IMG/VR virus record: IMGVR_UViG_3300009545_000018
Location: 372,001 to 436,000 of that record
Strand: one strand, 5' to 3'
Length of the DNA stretch: 64,000 nucleotides
In this document: one piece after another, positions 1 through 10,146 of the stretch
How the letters are laid out: each line of letters starts with the position of its first letter
Numbering within the stretch: the stretch's first letter is position 1
The notes under the pieces: model-generated
Seen by the model: only the letters and a program-made list of their open reading frames with translations
The model's database searches: none
Told to the model about the DNA's origin: nothing
Position numbers and translations under genes: made by a program

Positions 1-699
1 GTTAGTTATTTAAATTCATTAAATGATGACAAGATAAAATGTATTGCTTATAAAAATAATTTGCAAAATTTTGCAACTGGTATGAACTATTTGTTTGCTG
101 AAGCTGCTCCGAATGATGAAGACTTAATAGTGTTACTTAATAATGATGTTATTTTTAATGATAGTAATTCATTAAAATACATGATGTCAATCATTAATAA
201 TGATCCAAATGTTGGTGTAGTGGGCGCCCGTCTGTTATATACTGGTACAAAAAAAATACAACATGCTGGAGTAGTAATTGATAATAAGCATAAGATGCCA
301 ATGCATTATCGAGCACATCAGGAAATAGATAAAGATTCTGAAAAGAATAGAGAATTTCAGTCCGTAACAGCTGCAGTTGTATTAACTAAAGCTAAATATT
401 TTAAAAACATATGTACTACTAATAAGTCTGGAATTAATGGAATGGATGAAAACTTTCATTGGGCATTTGAAGATGTCTCTATGTGTTTATCTATCAAATA
501 TAATATGAATAAGAAAATTGTATATTGTGGTAATACTAATATTTATCATGAGGAAAGCGCTTCATTAAAAAAAGTACCATCGAATAAATTGTTTATGCCA
601 CATAACACCAATTATTTTCTTAAATTATGGGCTGATAGATATACTTTAGATCATGATGCTTATAAGAATAATAGTAAGTATCAATTGTATGAGAAATAA
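1..699 (+). CDS. Glycosyltransferase family 2 protein, C-terminal part (frame is open to the window edge)
   Basis: LLNNDV (DxD-like), VGVVGARLLY, VTAAVVL and FEDVSMCL segments typical of GT2; no stop in frame from position 1. Confidence 0.75.
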   Translation, partial: VSYLNSLNDDKIKCIAYKNNLQNFATGMNYLFAEAAPNDEDLIVLLNNDVIFNDSNSLKYMMSIINNDPNVGVVGARLLYTGTKKIQHAGVVIDNKHKMPMHYRAHQEIDKDSEKNREFQSVTAAVVLTKAKYFKNICTTNKSGINGMDENFHWAFEDVSMCLSIKYNMNKKIVYCGNTNIYHEESASLKKVPSNKLFMPHNTNYFLKLWADRYTLDHDAYKNNSKYQLYEK

Positions 700-702
700 A
701 AT

Positions 703-1665
703 ATGAAGAAGAAATTACTAGTTACTGGAAGTTGTGGATTTATTTTTGGTAATTTTATCAGAAAAGTAATTTATAATTATAAAGAAAAATATGATGTAGT
801 TAGCGTTGATAAGGTACAAAATAATGCTATCAATTCTATTTATAATAATAAAAATCATGTGTTTCATATCGCTGATATTACCGATCAACATGTTATGGAT
901 GTTATCTTTCAATTTGAAAGACCAGATATTGTAATTCATGGCGCCGCAGAGAGTCACGTTGATACTTCATTAAAAACCCCTAATGCTTTTGTGAATTCTA
1001 ATGTATTAGGAACGCAAAATATTATTAATTCTTGCGTTAAACATAATGTAGAAAAATTAATTTATATATCAACTGATGAGGTATATGGATCTTTAACATC
1101 GGAAAATGATGTAGCTTGGGATGAAACTGCTCCCCTAAACCCTAAAAACCCTTATGCCGCCACTAAAGCTGCCGGAGAACTCTTAGTAAAAGCCGCTCAC
1201 CAAGCTCATGGGTTAATTTATAATATTACCAGAAGCTCTAATAACTATGGACCCCGCCAATTCCCCGAAAAGCTTATCCCAAAGGCGATAAAATGCATTT
1301 TGGAAAATAAAAAAATACCTATTTATGGTCAGGGATTACAAATTAGAGATTGGACCCACGTCTTTGATAATTGTCAAGCTTTAATAAATATTTTAGAGAA
1401 TGGTAAAGATAATGAGGTTTATAATATTTCTGCTAATCAAGAGTTTACCAATATTGAAGTGATACAAAAAATTTGTAATACTTTAAATAAAGGACATGAG
1501 TTAGTCGAATTTATTAAAGACCCTCGTGGAAACTCTCATGATTTTAGATATTCTGTTAACTCAAGTAAATTAAGAAGTCTAGGGTGGAAACCATCTTACA
1601 AATTTAAGGATGGAATTGTTGATACCATCGAATGGTATACCACCAATAGTTGGTTTTTAAAATGA
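703..1665 (+). CDS. rmlB: dTDP-glucose 4,6-dehydratase (extended SDR)
   Basis: VTGSCGFIFG NAD-binding loop, AAESHVD, STDEVYG, YAATK (YxxxK), SNNYGPRQFPEKLIP. Confidence 0.9.
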   Translation: MKKKLLVTGSCGFIFGNFIRKVIYNYKEKYDVVSVDKVQNNAINSIYNNKNHVFHIADITDQHVMDVIFQFERPDIVIHGAAESHVDTSLKTPNAFVNSNVLGTQNIINSCVKHNVEKLIYISTDEVYGSLTSENDVAWDETAPLNPKNPYAATKAAGELLVKAAHQAHGLIYNITRSSNNYGPRQFPEKLIPKAIKCILENKKIPIYGQGLQIRDWTHVFDNCQALINILENGKDNEVYNISANQEFTNIEVIQKICNTLNKGHELVEFIKDPRGNSHDFRYSVNSSKLRSLGWKPSYKFKDGIVDTIEWYTTNSWFLK

Positions 1666-1868
1666 CTTTATCAGAAGCTGCTTCTGCATTAAATATACAA
1701 TATAAAAATTTATTTACATCTAATTATCATAATACTATGATGGTTGGTATTGATGAATTTAATATAATAGTTTATCTGAATAATAAAAATAATATAAATG
1801 AACTACCGACCGAGTTTGAAGGCTATCCAGTGGATATAAAAGTTATCGGTGAAATTGTTCCAGCGTAA
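1662..1868 (+). CDS. Small hypothetical protein
   Basis: ATGA overlap with the rmlB stop suggests start 1662; ends LPTEFEGYPVDIKVIGEIVPA. Confidence 0.55.
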   Translation: MTLSEAASALNIQYKNLFTSNYHNTMMVGIDEFNIIVYLNNKNNINELPTEFEGYPVDIKVIGEIVPA

Positions 1869-3226
1869 TGGAGAAAAGTATGTCAGCTACATCAATAACA
1901 GAAGAAGACAAAAAAGAAGAAATTGTAGATAATATTTCAAATGAAGAAGCTGTTGATATGAACAAGTTAGCAGCTCTCAAAGCAAAAAATCAAGCCAAAC
2001 AAGAGGAAAAGAAAATGGCATCCAAAATTGTTGCAAAAAAAGAAAGAAGTTTAGTATTAGGTGTTTTAGGCTCTGGTCAAGCAGGATCTAGAATTGCTGA
2101 ATCATTTTATAAATTAGGTTATGACGCTGTAGTTGTTAATACTGCTGCACAAGATTTAAAATTTATCGAGGTTCCAGATTCTTGTAAATTATTATTAGAG
2201 TACGGAGTAGGCGGGGCTTCTAAAGAATTATCAATTGGTGCTGCCGCTGCGGAAGCTCATAAAGAAGAAATTGCTGAGTTAGTCCACAATAAGTTAGGTC
2301 ATACTCAAGTTAATTTATTAACTTTATCATTAGGTGGTGGTTCTGGTGCCGGCTCTTGTGAAACATTAGTTGAATTAATGGCAGCTACTGGTAAACCATT
2401 AGTTGTTATGACCGTTTTACCAATGGATACAGAAGATGCTCAAACAAAAGCTAACGCATTAGAAACATTATCTAAATTAACAGAGTATGCTAAGAGCAAG
2501 AAGATTGCCAATTTACTAGTAGTTGATAATGCCAAGATTGAAGCTATTTATCACAATGTAAGTCAAATGGAATTCTTTGGTGTGGCAAATAAAGCCATCG
2601 TAGAAACTATTGAAGCATTTAACGTATTTTCTTCAATGCCATCATCTACTAAAGCTTTAGATCCAATGGAATTTACTAAAATATTTATTGATGGTGAAGG
2701 CTTAAGCGTTTATGGAGAGTTAACAGTTGAAAATTATTCTGAAGATACTGCTATAGCTGAAGCTGTAGTAAATAATTTAGATGGTAACTTATTATCTGGC
2801 GGGTTTGATTTAAAGCAATCAAAATATGTTGGTTTCATTGTTGCCGCTAATAAAGAAGTTTGGTCTAAGATTCCTGCAGCTAGTGTTAATTATGCTTCAG
2901 CCATGATTAACGATTTGTGTGGAAGTCCTAAGGGTGTATTTAAGGGAATGTATGTTACTGAATCTACAGATGATGTAGTTAAAGTATATTCTATGTTTAG
3001 TGGACTTGGATTACCATCTAGTAGAGTTGATCAGTTAAAGAAAGATACTAAAGAGTTACAATCTAAGGTGAAAGAAAAAGATGAACAACGTAATCTTAGT
3101 TTAAATTTAGATACTGGTACAAATGAGACAGTATCTGCCGCACAAAAGATTAAGGCACAAATTGCAGCTAAGAATTCAACTTTTGGAAAATTTGTGGGTG
3201 GTACAGTTGATCGTAGAAATAAATAA
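1868..3226 (+). CDS. Tubulin/FtsZ-family GTPase (PhuZ/TubZ-like)
   Basis: GSGQAGSRIA loop, VVNTAAQDL, LGGGSGAG tubulin signature variant, LVVDN, LDPMEF; extended N- and C-terminal tails. Confidence 0.88.
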   Translation: MEKSMSATSITEEDKKEEIVDNISNEEAVDMNKLAALKAKNQAKQEEKKMASKIVAKKERSLVLGVLGSGQAGSRIAESFYKLGYDAVVVNTAAQDLKFIEVPDSCKLLLEYGVGGASKELSIGAAAAEAHKEEIAELVHNKLGHTQVNLLTLSLGGGSGAGSCETLVELMAATGKPLVVMTVLPMDTEDAQTKANALETLSKLTEYAKSKKIANLLVVDNAKIEAIYHNVSQMEFFGVANKAIVETIEAFNVFSSMPSSTKALDPMEFTKIFIDGEGLSVYGELTVENYSEDTAIAEAVVNNLDGNLLSGGFDLKQSKYVGFIVAANKEVWSKIPAASVNYASAMINDLCGSPKGVFKGMYVTESTDDVVKVYSMFSGLGLPSSRVDQLKKDTKELQSKVKEKDEQRNLSLNLDTGTNETVSAAQKIKAQIAAKNSTFGKFVGGTVDRRNK

Positions 3227-3233
3227 TATTTAA

Positions 3234-3473
3234 ATGAATATTAGAGACTTTTATGAAAATTACCGAAAAATAAATGAAATAAAGTCTTTTCTAGCCTTAT
3301 TACAAAATACTGCAGATGATATTGATCTTATGAAAAGTTTTGTAGAAGCTCTTGATTTAAGAATTCAAGAATGTGAAGCGCTTGGTACTGAAAAAGCTAT
3401 CGAACGCGCTCAAATTTTAAGACAAATCTCTAATGTCTTGCAAAAACGATTAGATTTAGAGATTTTTTCTTAA
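3234..3473 (+). CDS. Hypothetical helical protein
   Basis: 79-aa ORF, co-oriented and tightly packed. Confidence 0.55.
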   Translation: MNIRDFYENYRKINEIKSFLALLQNTADDIDLMKSFVEALDLRIQECEALGTEKAIERAQILRQISNVLQKRLDLEIFS

Positions 3474-3490
3474 TTATATTTATTAATAAA

Positions 3491-3530
3491 TTACACCTAG
3501 TTATATTATAAGTTGTATAACTAGGTGTAA
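3491..3530. promoter_or_regulatory. Perfect 15-bp inverted repeat ending 2 nt before the helicase ATG
   Basis: TTACACCTAGTTATA-ttataagttg-TATAACTAGGTGTAA; the 3' arm contains the RBS-like AGGTG. Confidence 0.7.
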
Positions 3531-3532
3531 CT

Positions 3533-5038
3533 ATGGCAAAAATCATAATTAAAAATACTACTGCACAACTTCATAATGAAACTGATCTAGATCATATCTT
3601 GGCGCTTGATAAACATTTATCTTTTTATGTGATTGGAGCTGAGCACACACCTCAATTTCGCGGATACTTTAATAAAGACGGAGACTTTATTAAATGGGAT
3701 GGCTTCAGAAAACTATTAACTCCTACTCTACAGTTTCCTATTGGATTAGTAGATAGAGTAAAAGATTTTTATGCTGGTGCTAATAAACAATTAGATATTG
3801 AAGATAAACGACCACCAAAATCAACAGGCATACCTAAAGACATTTTGGTTAATTTACAGAAATTAAATAAAAATCCTTATCCATATCAATTAGAAATATT
3901 AGATGTCATTGACAAAAATGATCGTGGAATTATTAAAGTAGCTACTGGGGGTGGTAAAAGTTTAATTGCGGCATTAATTGCTGCAAAATTAGGAAAGAAA
4001 ACAATTATCTATGTTATTGGCAAAGACTTACTTTACCAATTTCATGATTTTTTTTCGCAAGCTTTTGATGAAAAAATAGGAATTGTTGGTGATGGTAAAT
4101 GTGAAATTCATGATATTAATATAGTGAGCATCTGGACGGTAGGACAAGCTTTAGGTATAGAAAAGAAAAACATTTTACTAGAAAGTGATAATGACGAAGA
4201 AGATGTTTCCAAAAATAAATATACTGACATTCTAAATATGTTACATGACACTAAAGTTCATATTATTGATGAGTGTCATATGTCTGCTTGTGAAACAATT
4301 CAACAAGTATTTAAGAAAACTAAAGCTGAACACTTATACGGATTGAGCGGCAGTCCGTGGAGGGACGATGGCGCTGATTTATTAATTGAATCTGTTCTTG
4401 GGCGCTATATAGTTAATATTCCAGCGTCTTATTTAATTAAGAATGACTTTTTAGCACAACCTTTAATTAGATTTAGGGTAGTTCCATCATATCCATATGA
4501 GCTGGAAAAACAGTATCAATCTATTTATAAAAAATATGTAGTAGAAAATGATGTTCGGAATGGATTAGTTCTAGATGCTACTAAGGCTTTAGTTAGTAAA
4601 GGATACCAAACCTTAGTATTGTTTAGTAGTTTAAAACATGGAAAATTGTTATATAATGTTTTTAAACAACATATGAAATGTGCTTTGCTAGACGGAAGCA
4701 ATTCTAAAGAAGAACGAGAGCAAGTTAAGAAGGATTTATTAGATCATAAAATAGACTGTATTTTAGCCTCCAAGATATTTGACATTGGTATAGATATCCC
4801 ATCTCTTTCTGGACTAGTATTAGCTTGTGGCGGAAAATCAACTGTTAAAGCTTTGCAAAGGGTGGGTAGAGTAATTAGAAAATATAAAGGTAAAAAATAT
4901 GCAGTAGTTATAGACTTTATAGATCAGGCTACTTACTTAAAGGAGCACTCTAAAATAAGATATAAAATATATTGCTCAGAAGATGGTTTTGATGTAAATG
5001 TACCTAAATCCATAAAGTGGAAAAGAAAAGGGCTTTAG
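3533..5038 (+). CDS. Superfamily 2 helicase (UvsW/XPB-like)
   Basis: VATGGGKS (I), IIDECH (II), SGSP (III), LQRVGRVIR (VI). Confidence 0.9.
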   Translation: MAKIIIKNTTAQLHNETDLDHILALDKHLSFYVIGAEHTPQFRGYFNKDGDFIKWDGFRKLLTPTLQFPIGLVDRVKDFYAGANKQLDIEDKRPPKSTGIPKDILVNLQKLNKNPYPYQLEILDVIDKNDRGIIKVATGGGKSLIAALIAAKLGKKTIIYVIGKDLLYQFHDFFSQAFDEKIGIVGDGKCEIHDINIVSIWTVGQALGIEKKNILLESDNDEEDVSKNKYTDILNMLHDTKVHIIDECHMSACETIQQVFKKTKAEHLYGLSGSPWRDDGADLLIESVLGRYIVNIPASYLIKNDFLAQPLIRFRVVPSYPYELEKQYQSIYKKYVVENDVRNGLVLDATKALVSKGYQTLVLFSSLKHGKLLYNVFKQHMKCALLDGSNSKEEREQVKKDLLDHKIDCILASKIFDIGIDIPSLSGLVLACGGKSTVKALQRVGRVIRKYKGKKYAVVIDFIDQATYLKEHSKIRYKIYCSEDGFDVNVPKSIKWKRKGL

Positions 5039-5093
5039 CTAAATTTTTTAATGTTTCTAGATCTGTAATTAATAGTATAAAAAGAGGAATCAC

Positions 5094-5441
5094 TTGGAAG
5101 CAACAAAAGAAGAGCTAAGAAATTTTTCTGAATTATCAGATGATATTTATAAGGTTCTTGAAAAACATAATATTACTGGTAAGAATGTTAAAGAGTTTTT
5201 GTTTGAAGTTGCTAAATTTCTAGGAAAAGAGCCCAACTACCAAAGTGAAAGTGGTGCTCATTTTGCAATACCAATATATGTTAAGAGATTACGAGAACAT
5301 ATAGGGAATAAGCCAGGCACTATTATAGTGCTTCCATCAGCTTATGGAAGATCCATAACTGGATTGGCACATCATGTTAGCTATATAAATTTGCTTCCGT
5401 CAGAAATAGAGCGTGTACTTAAATTAAAGTCATTTATGTAA
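5094..5441 (+). CDS. Hypothetical protein with the shared C-terminal tail
   Basis: ends EIERVLKLKSFM. Confidence 0.65.
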   Translation: MEATKEELRNFSELSDDIYKVLEKHNITGKNVKEFLFEVAKFLGKEPNYQSESGAHFAIPIYVKRLREHIGNKPGTIIVLPSAYGRSITGLAHHVSYINLLPSEIERVLKLKSFM

Positions 5442-5452
5442 ATAGGAAAGAA

Positions 5453-6046
5453 ATGAAAGACGATTTGAATATTTCCTTATCAGGCGCCCCAAATACAAAG
5501 TATGAAAAGTTTTTTGAAAAGTTTTCAGAAATAAATACATTAGATGTTAATAGCTGGAATGTTACACATCTCTTAGGATATTTTTGCAAAAAGTATCAAG
5601 AGACATATAAAACTCCGTATAAATTTAAATTCAATAGTCCCTCTCCAACTAAGTGTTTTGAGGTTTTTCAAATGAAAAAACTTGCTAGTTTATTAACTAG
5701 TCAACCCAAATTACTTAGAGATTATATTGATTGGGTTTATGAAACTAAAGTAGTAAAAGCCAAGAAAAAATTAACTTCTATTTCTTTTATGACACATGAA
5801 GGTTTAATTTTAGAATATCGGGACTCAGTTTTAATGGCTGGTCAAAAGGGAGAAGCTTTAGATCGTTCCAAGAACTTGCCAGATAATTATAAAGCTATTT
5901 TTGCTAAAGCAGGCGTTACATTATCTACTTATGGTGAATTGGCATTCTTATCACAAATGACAGAACAGTCCAATGAAATAGTTAATGCATTTAATGAATT
6001 AGTTGGTGCCGGCTTTAACAAAGATATTTTAAGTAAAATTGTATGA
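5453..6046 (+). CDS. Hypothetical protein in the replication cluster
   Basis: 197-aa ORF with AGGAAAG RBS. Confidence 0.7.
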   Translation: MKDDLNISLSGAPNTKYEKFFEKFSEINTLDVNSWNVTHLLGYFCKKYQETYKTPYKFKFNSPSPTKCFEVFQMKKLASLLTSQPKLLRDYIDWVYETKVVKAKKKLTSISFMTHEGLILEYRDSVLMAGQKGEALDRSKNLPDNYKAIFAKAGVTLSTYGELAFLSQMTEQSNEIVNAFNELVGAGFNKDILSKIV

Positions 6047-6357
6047 AAATAATATCTTCTTCAGATTTTGAAAAAGAATTTGGAATTAAAGTTTCTGAAG
6101 CAAAATCTTTAAATATTTTTAAAGAAATAGTTGGCAATCATTTTGTTGCCGGGCATAATACTTTTGTTAAAAAGTCTTCATATGAAATAGAATTGCAGGA
6201 ATTATCTAGACAAATTAATTTACCAATTATCATTTATCATGATTTAAATAAAAAGCATGACAAATATTCATATTATTATATTTTAGGATTTACTTCAGAG
6301 GATCCTGTAAAAATTAAAAAAATAATTAAAGCTAGCAAATTAAAGGCGTTTTTATGA
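6043..6357 (+). CDS. Hypothetical protein with the shared C-terminal tail
   Basis: ends KKIIKASKLKAFL; ATGA overlaps. Confidence 0.7.
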   Translation: MKIISSSDFEKEFGIKVSEAKSLNIFKEIVGNHFVAGHNTFVKKSSYEIELQELSRQINLPIIIYHDLNKKHDKYSYYYILGFTSEDPVKIKKIIKASKLKAFL

Positions 6358-6674
6358 CACAATTATTTTCATCAGAAGAAATATTTTCTAATAAAAATGG
6401 TTTAAAAAATAATTTAAATCATTATAATAATATGGCTAACGACGCTCAATTAAGTTTTGAAATTGAAAATAATATTATATTAACTGGAGGTAGCCATATT
6501 TCTTTAAATAAAGAAGATGAGTGTAGATATCTTAGAAAAGTTTCTATGGGAATGTCATTTGTAATTTATGATAGAGATAACTCTAAAAACTTTATATTAA
6601 TTCGACTAGATCAAGTTCAGATTAACAATTTATATAAAATACTTAAATTAGAAAAGTTAAAGGCATTCTTATGA
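6354..6674 (+). CDS. Hypothetical protein with the shared C-terminal tail
   Basis: ends YKILKLEKLKAFL; ATGA overlaps. Confidence 0.7.
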   Translation: MTQLFSSEEIFSNKNGLKNNLNHYNNMANDAQLSFEIENNIILTGGSHISLNKEDECRYLRKVSMGMSFVIYDRDNSKNFILIRLDQVQINNLYKILKLEKLKAFL

Positions 6675-7084
6675 TTGAAGTTCCAACTGGATCTCAAGTA
6701 ACAATAAGTCTAAGTAATGGTCAACTGCTCACTGGAAAAGTAGAAAATTGGTCCTCCGAAAATATTTCATTACGAACTTCACCCGAAGCTGGTATAACGA
6801 TCATAACACATCCAGAACGCGATATTGTTTTTGTTTATTATAAAGAAAATATCGAAAAAAATATTCAGCCTGTTGAGAAAATTTTAGACCAATCTAATCA
6901 AGAGTTTGAAAAAGTACTTAATGAACCCTTTTCTGAAATAAAAACTAAAAAGTTAGCTGAACTTAGAATATTAAAATCTAAAGCAGAAAAAGAAATTGTT
7001 GCTAGTCAACTTAAGAGTCATACAATTTCAGATGTAAAGAAAGTGAATTATGGAATCCCAAATATCAAGAAGCCGGGCACTTAA
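6671..7084 (+). CDS. Hypothetical protein (beta-rich N-terminus, possibly Sm-like)
   Basis: GSQVTISLSNGQLLTGKV pattern; fold is a guess. Confidence 0.5.
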   Translation: MIEVPTGSQVTISLSNGQLLTGKVENWSSENISLRTSPEAGITIITHPERDIVFVYYKENIEKNIQPVEKILDQSNQEFEKVLNEPFSEIKTKKLAELRILKSKAEKEIVASQLKSHTISDVKKVNYGIPNIKKPGT

Positions 7085-7754
7085 TAATATTCCAAATCAA
7101 AAGATCCAAGATTACTTAGATAATATTAATAAATCTACTGATACAGATCAAGCTAAATCTCTTAAAGTAATAGTAGCCAATAGATACGCTGAAAGCAACA
7201 TTCCAATAGAATATTGGTCTTTAAAAATGGACAAAGACTTTTATGGAGATCCTAGGCTATTGGAAAAATATAATAATTATGTGTCTGATTTAAAATCAGC
7301 TTATATGAGCGGAACGTCGCTATGTTTTGCTGGCAACCATGGTTTAGGTAAAACTATGACTATGGCATGTATTTTAAAGAAGACTTGTCAGAAAGGTTAT
7401 ACGGCATTGTATACTACTCTTTCAGATGTGGTTGTAGCTTTGACTCAAAGTGATGATAAATATAATGCAAAAAAAGAATTATTAATGGTAGATTTTTTAG
7501 TTATTGACGAGTTTGATAATAGATTCATGCCTTCAGATAATGCTGCAGATTTATATGCAAGAACATTAGAAAGTGTTTTTAGAACCAGAAGCCAAAATAA
7601 ATTACCAACACTAATGGCAACAAATAGCCCTAATGTTGTTGAGAGTTTTAATGGTCCCCTAAAACAAAGTATTAGTTCTTTGATGAGTGGATATATTAAA
7701 ACATTTGCAGTCTTCGGCAATGATTTTAGAAAAAGAGTTGGAGATAGTAAATGA
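7050..7754 (+). CDS. DnaC/IstB-like AAA+ ATPase (helicase loader-like)
   Basis: GNHGLGKT Walker A, DFLVIDE Walker B, LMATN; directly upstream of dnaB. Confidence 0.82.
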   Translation: MESQISRSRALNNIPNQKIQDYLDNINKSTDTDQAKSLKVIVANRYAESNIPIEYWSLKMDKDFYGDPRLLEKYNNYVSDLKSAYMSGTSLCFAGNHGLGKTMTMACILKKTCQKGYTALYTTLSDVVVALTQSDDKYNAKKELLMVDFLVIDEFDNRFMPSDNAADLYARTLESVFRTRSQNKLPTLMATNSPNVVESFNGPLKQSISSLMSGYIKTFAVFGNDFRKRVGDSK

Positions 7755-9172
7755 ATTTTGAAACATTAGATTTAAATATACTAAAAACCTTGGTTTCAAA
7801 TAAGAAAAATGCATTAGATTTTGCTAATGAATATGATACTTCTTTATTTTCTCCCGAAGTATGGAATTTTTCCAATATTCTACTTACACATTTAAAAACC
7901 TACAAAGAGATTCCGACGCTTAGAGTTATTACTGAAAAAATATCTAAAGGAAATAATCAAGCATTGGTTGCTAATGTTAAGCAAATATGGGGAGAACTTG
8001 ATAGGCATGTTTACGACGATAAAGAGTATAAACATGATTTAGAAAAAATCAAGAAGCGTTTTGCCGAAAAACAGCTTGTTGCTATGCGCGACAATTTAGC
8101 CAAAATAAATCCTGGAACTATGGATGTTAATAAAGCTGTATTGGATATGCAAAAGACCGTTCAAAGCATTAAAAACCTTAATCAGGCAAAAGCTTATGAA
8201 CGTCGTACTCTAAAAGAAGCAGTACCTATCTTTAGAGAAGAATACAATGCAAAAATGGAAGATCCTACTTTTGATGCTGGAATCAAAACAGGATATTCAG
8301 TTTTAGATTTCGCTACTGACGGCTTTAGACCTGGCGAATTAATCTTGATAGGTGCCGAATCAGGTGGTGGCAAATCTATGTTACTAATGAATATGGCAAT
8401 TCAAATGTGGCTAGGAGCCAATCAAGTAAATGGAAACGCCACTGAGTTTACACCAGGAAACAATATTTTGTATTTTTCTTTGGAGATGCCATTTAAACCA
8501 TGTTTAAATAGAGTATTATCCAGATTATCTGGATGCCCCTCTAAATCAATTAGAAATGCTAGTTTAAATAATGATGATGCTGTAAAATTAAAAAATGTAT
8601 TAAAGTTTATTAATAAGTACCCAAATCAATTTGAAATTGTAGATTTGCCACGTAATGCTACAATGGAAAGTATGGAACTTATTTTTGAAGATGCTAAAGC
8701 AAATTATGATCCAAAGATAGTTGTAATTGATTATTTGGGTCTAATGGATTATGATGGAGCCGATATGGATGATTGGCTTAAATTAGGTAAGATTGCAGAA
8801 AAAATTCATGAGTTTGCCCGCGTGCATGGATTAATCGTATTAAGTGCAGTACAATTAAATAGAGCTAAAGGTGGCAAAGACGTTGAAGAAAAAATAGGTT
8901 TACATCGTATTGGTCGTTCAGCTTTAATTTTACAAAATGCAAACATTGCTATTCAAATTGAAACAAGAGCTAAAGAAAAAAGTTATCCAGATATGATTTA
9001 TCATTTGATCAAGAATAGAGATGGTGAATTATGTCATGGTAGAATTATTAAAAATCTTGCTTGTGGTACATTAATTGATGATCCTATGGAAATGCAAGAA
9101 AGTGATGCACAATTCGAGATGAGGGATCCAGATGACTTATCTCATAAGATTGAAGCATTAGATTTAGAATAA
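7751..9172 (+). CDS. dnaB: DnaB-like replicative helicase
   Basis: GAESGGGKS, FSLEM, VVIDYLGLM, AVQLNR, KNRDG. Confidence 0.9.
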   Translation: MNFETLDLNILKTLVSNKKNALDFANEYDTSLFSPEVWNFSNILLTHLKTYKEIPTLRVITEKISKGNNQALVANVKQIWGELDRHVYDDKEYKHDLEKIKKRFAEKQLVAMRDNLAKINPGTMDVNKAVLDMQKTVQSIKNLNQAKAYERRTLKEAVPIFREEYNAKMEDPTFDAGIKTGYSVLDFATDGFRPGELILIGAESGGGKSMLLMNMAIQMWLGANQVNGNATEFTPGNNILYFSLEMPFKPCLNRVLSRLSGCPSKSIRNASLNNDDAVKLKNVLKFINKYPNQFEIVDLPRNATMESMELIFEDAKANYDPKIVVIDYLGLMDYDGADMDDWLKLGKIAEKIHEFARVHGLIVLSAVQLNRAKGGKDVEEKIGLHRIGRSALILQNANIAIQIETRAKEKSYPDMIYHLIKNRDGELCHGRIIKNLACGTLIDDPMEMQESDAQFEMRDPDDLSHKIEALDLE

Positions 9173-9182
9173 GTAGGTAGTT

Positions 9183-9359
9183 ATGTTAGATGAGGTAATT
9201 GCAGAAGCTATCAGAATAGAAGTCGACGAAGATACTGGTAGAATGTTTATAGTATTTGAAGTTAAAAGTGAAAAACATAAAAGGGACATTAGAAAAAACT
9301 GGGCAGACGATATCGAATATCGTTTAGTTGGAAAGAATTTAGTACTGGATGAAAGATAA
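9183..9359 (+). CDS. Small hypothetical protein (58 aa, below ORF-track cutoff)
   Basis: MLDEVIAEAIRIEVDEDTGRMFIVFEV...; AGGTAG RBS. Confidence 0.6.
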   Translation: MLDEVIAEAIRIEVDEDTGRMFIVFEVKSEKHKRDIRKNWADDIEYRLVGKNLVLDER

Positions 9360-9415
9360 TTTATCAGAAATAATATTTGTTTTATTAGATTATAAAATAT
9401 CAGATATAAGAATTA

Positions 9416-9682
9416 TTGGTAATGTCTAATTATATGAAAAATATTATATATGGTTTAGTATATGATAAATTTGGAATTAGACATTATGTTGAAAATACTA
9501 TATTATATAATGTAAATGATAAAATTTATTATCAAGATGGTTCGCTTGTAAAAGAAAATCTTGTTACAGGATTGTTTGAGCCGCAAAATGGTGGTAAAGT
9601 TTGGTATATAGATGGTATCTTAACAGATGCCACAAGTCAAGAAGAATTTGAAAAGCTTTTAAAATTAAAAGCTTTCTGGTAA
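9416..9682 (+). CDS. Hypothetical protein with the shared C-terminal tail
   Basis: KVWYIDG...SQEEFEKLLKLKAFW; same ending as 36282..36569. Confidence 0.7.
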   Translation: MVMSNYMKNIIYGLVYDKFGIRHYVENTILYNVNDKIYYQDGSLVKENLVTGLFEPQNGGKVWYIDGILTDATSQEEFEKLLKLKAFW

Positions 9683-9691
9683 AGGAAAGTC

Positions 9692-9997
9692 ATGCCAACT
9701 TATGAATATTTTTGCGAGATCCATGGTGAGTTTGAGGAATCACACTCTATTACAATTAAATTAGAATACTGTCCCAAATGTGGGGCAGAAGGTAAAGAGC
9801 AACCAATTAAAAGATTAATATCTTTAGGAGCTAAAGGTGTTGTTGAATTGTCTGGACAAGAGCTTATAGATCAAGTTAAGTCTGATGCTAAAAAATTACA
9901 AAAAGACGCTGCTAAATCTGAAAAAATTTACTCCAATCTTTTGGGCGAGAGTAAATATGAAAAATTACAACAACAAATGGATGCCAGAAAGCGCTAA
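9692..9997 (+). CDS. FmdB-family zinc-ribbon protein
   Basis: MPTYEYFCEIH...CPKC. Confidence 0.75.
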   Translation: MPTYEYFCEIHGEFEESHSITIKLEYCPKCGAEGKEQPIKRLISLGAKGVVELSGQELIDQVKSDAKKLQKDAAKSEKIYSNLLGESKYEKLQQQMDARKR

Positions 9998-10083
9998 TCA
10001 TATATAATATGTAACGTTATGATAATCAAGATCTTTTGAAAAATAAAAGATTGTGTAGAAAAATGAAAAACTTGCTGAACAAA

Positions 10084-10111
10084 TTGACAGCATAAAAAAA
10101 GTAATTATACT
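10084..10111 (+). promoter_or_regulatory. sigma70-type promoter
   Basis: TTGACA-N16-TATACT upstream of 10147. Confidence 0.6.
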
Positions 10112-10146
10112 GTCACTGAAATACGACAGAATTTAAGGATCAACAA

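Noticed and set aside
3234-3473. Ending LDLEIFS as a member of the tail family
   Set aside because: Phe at -2 is present but the preceding residues are acidic rather than basic; not counted
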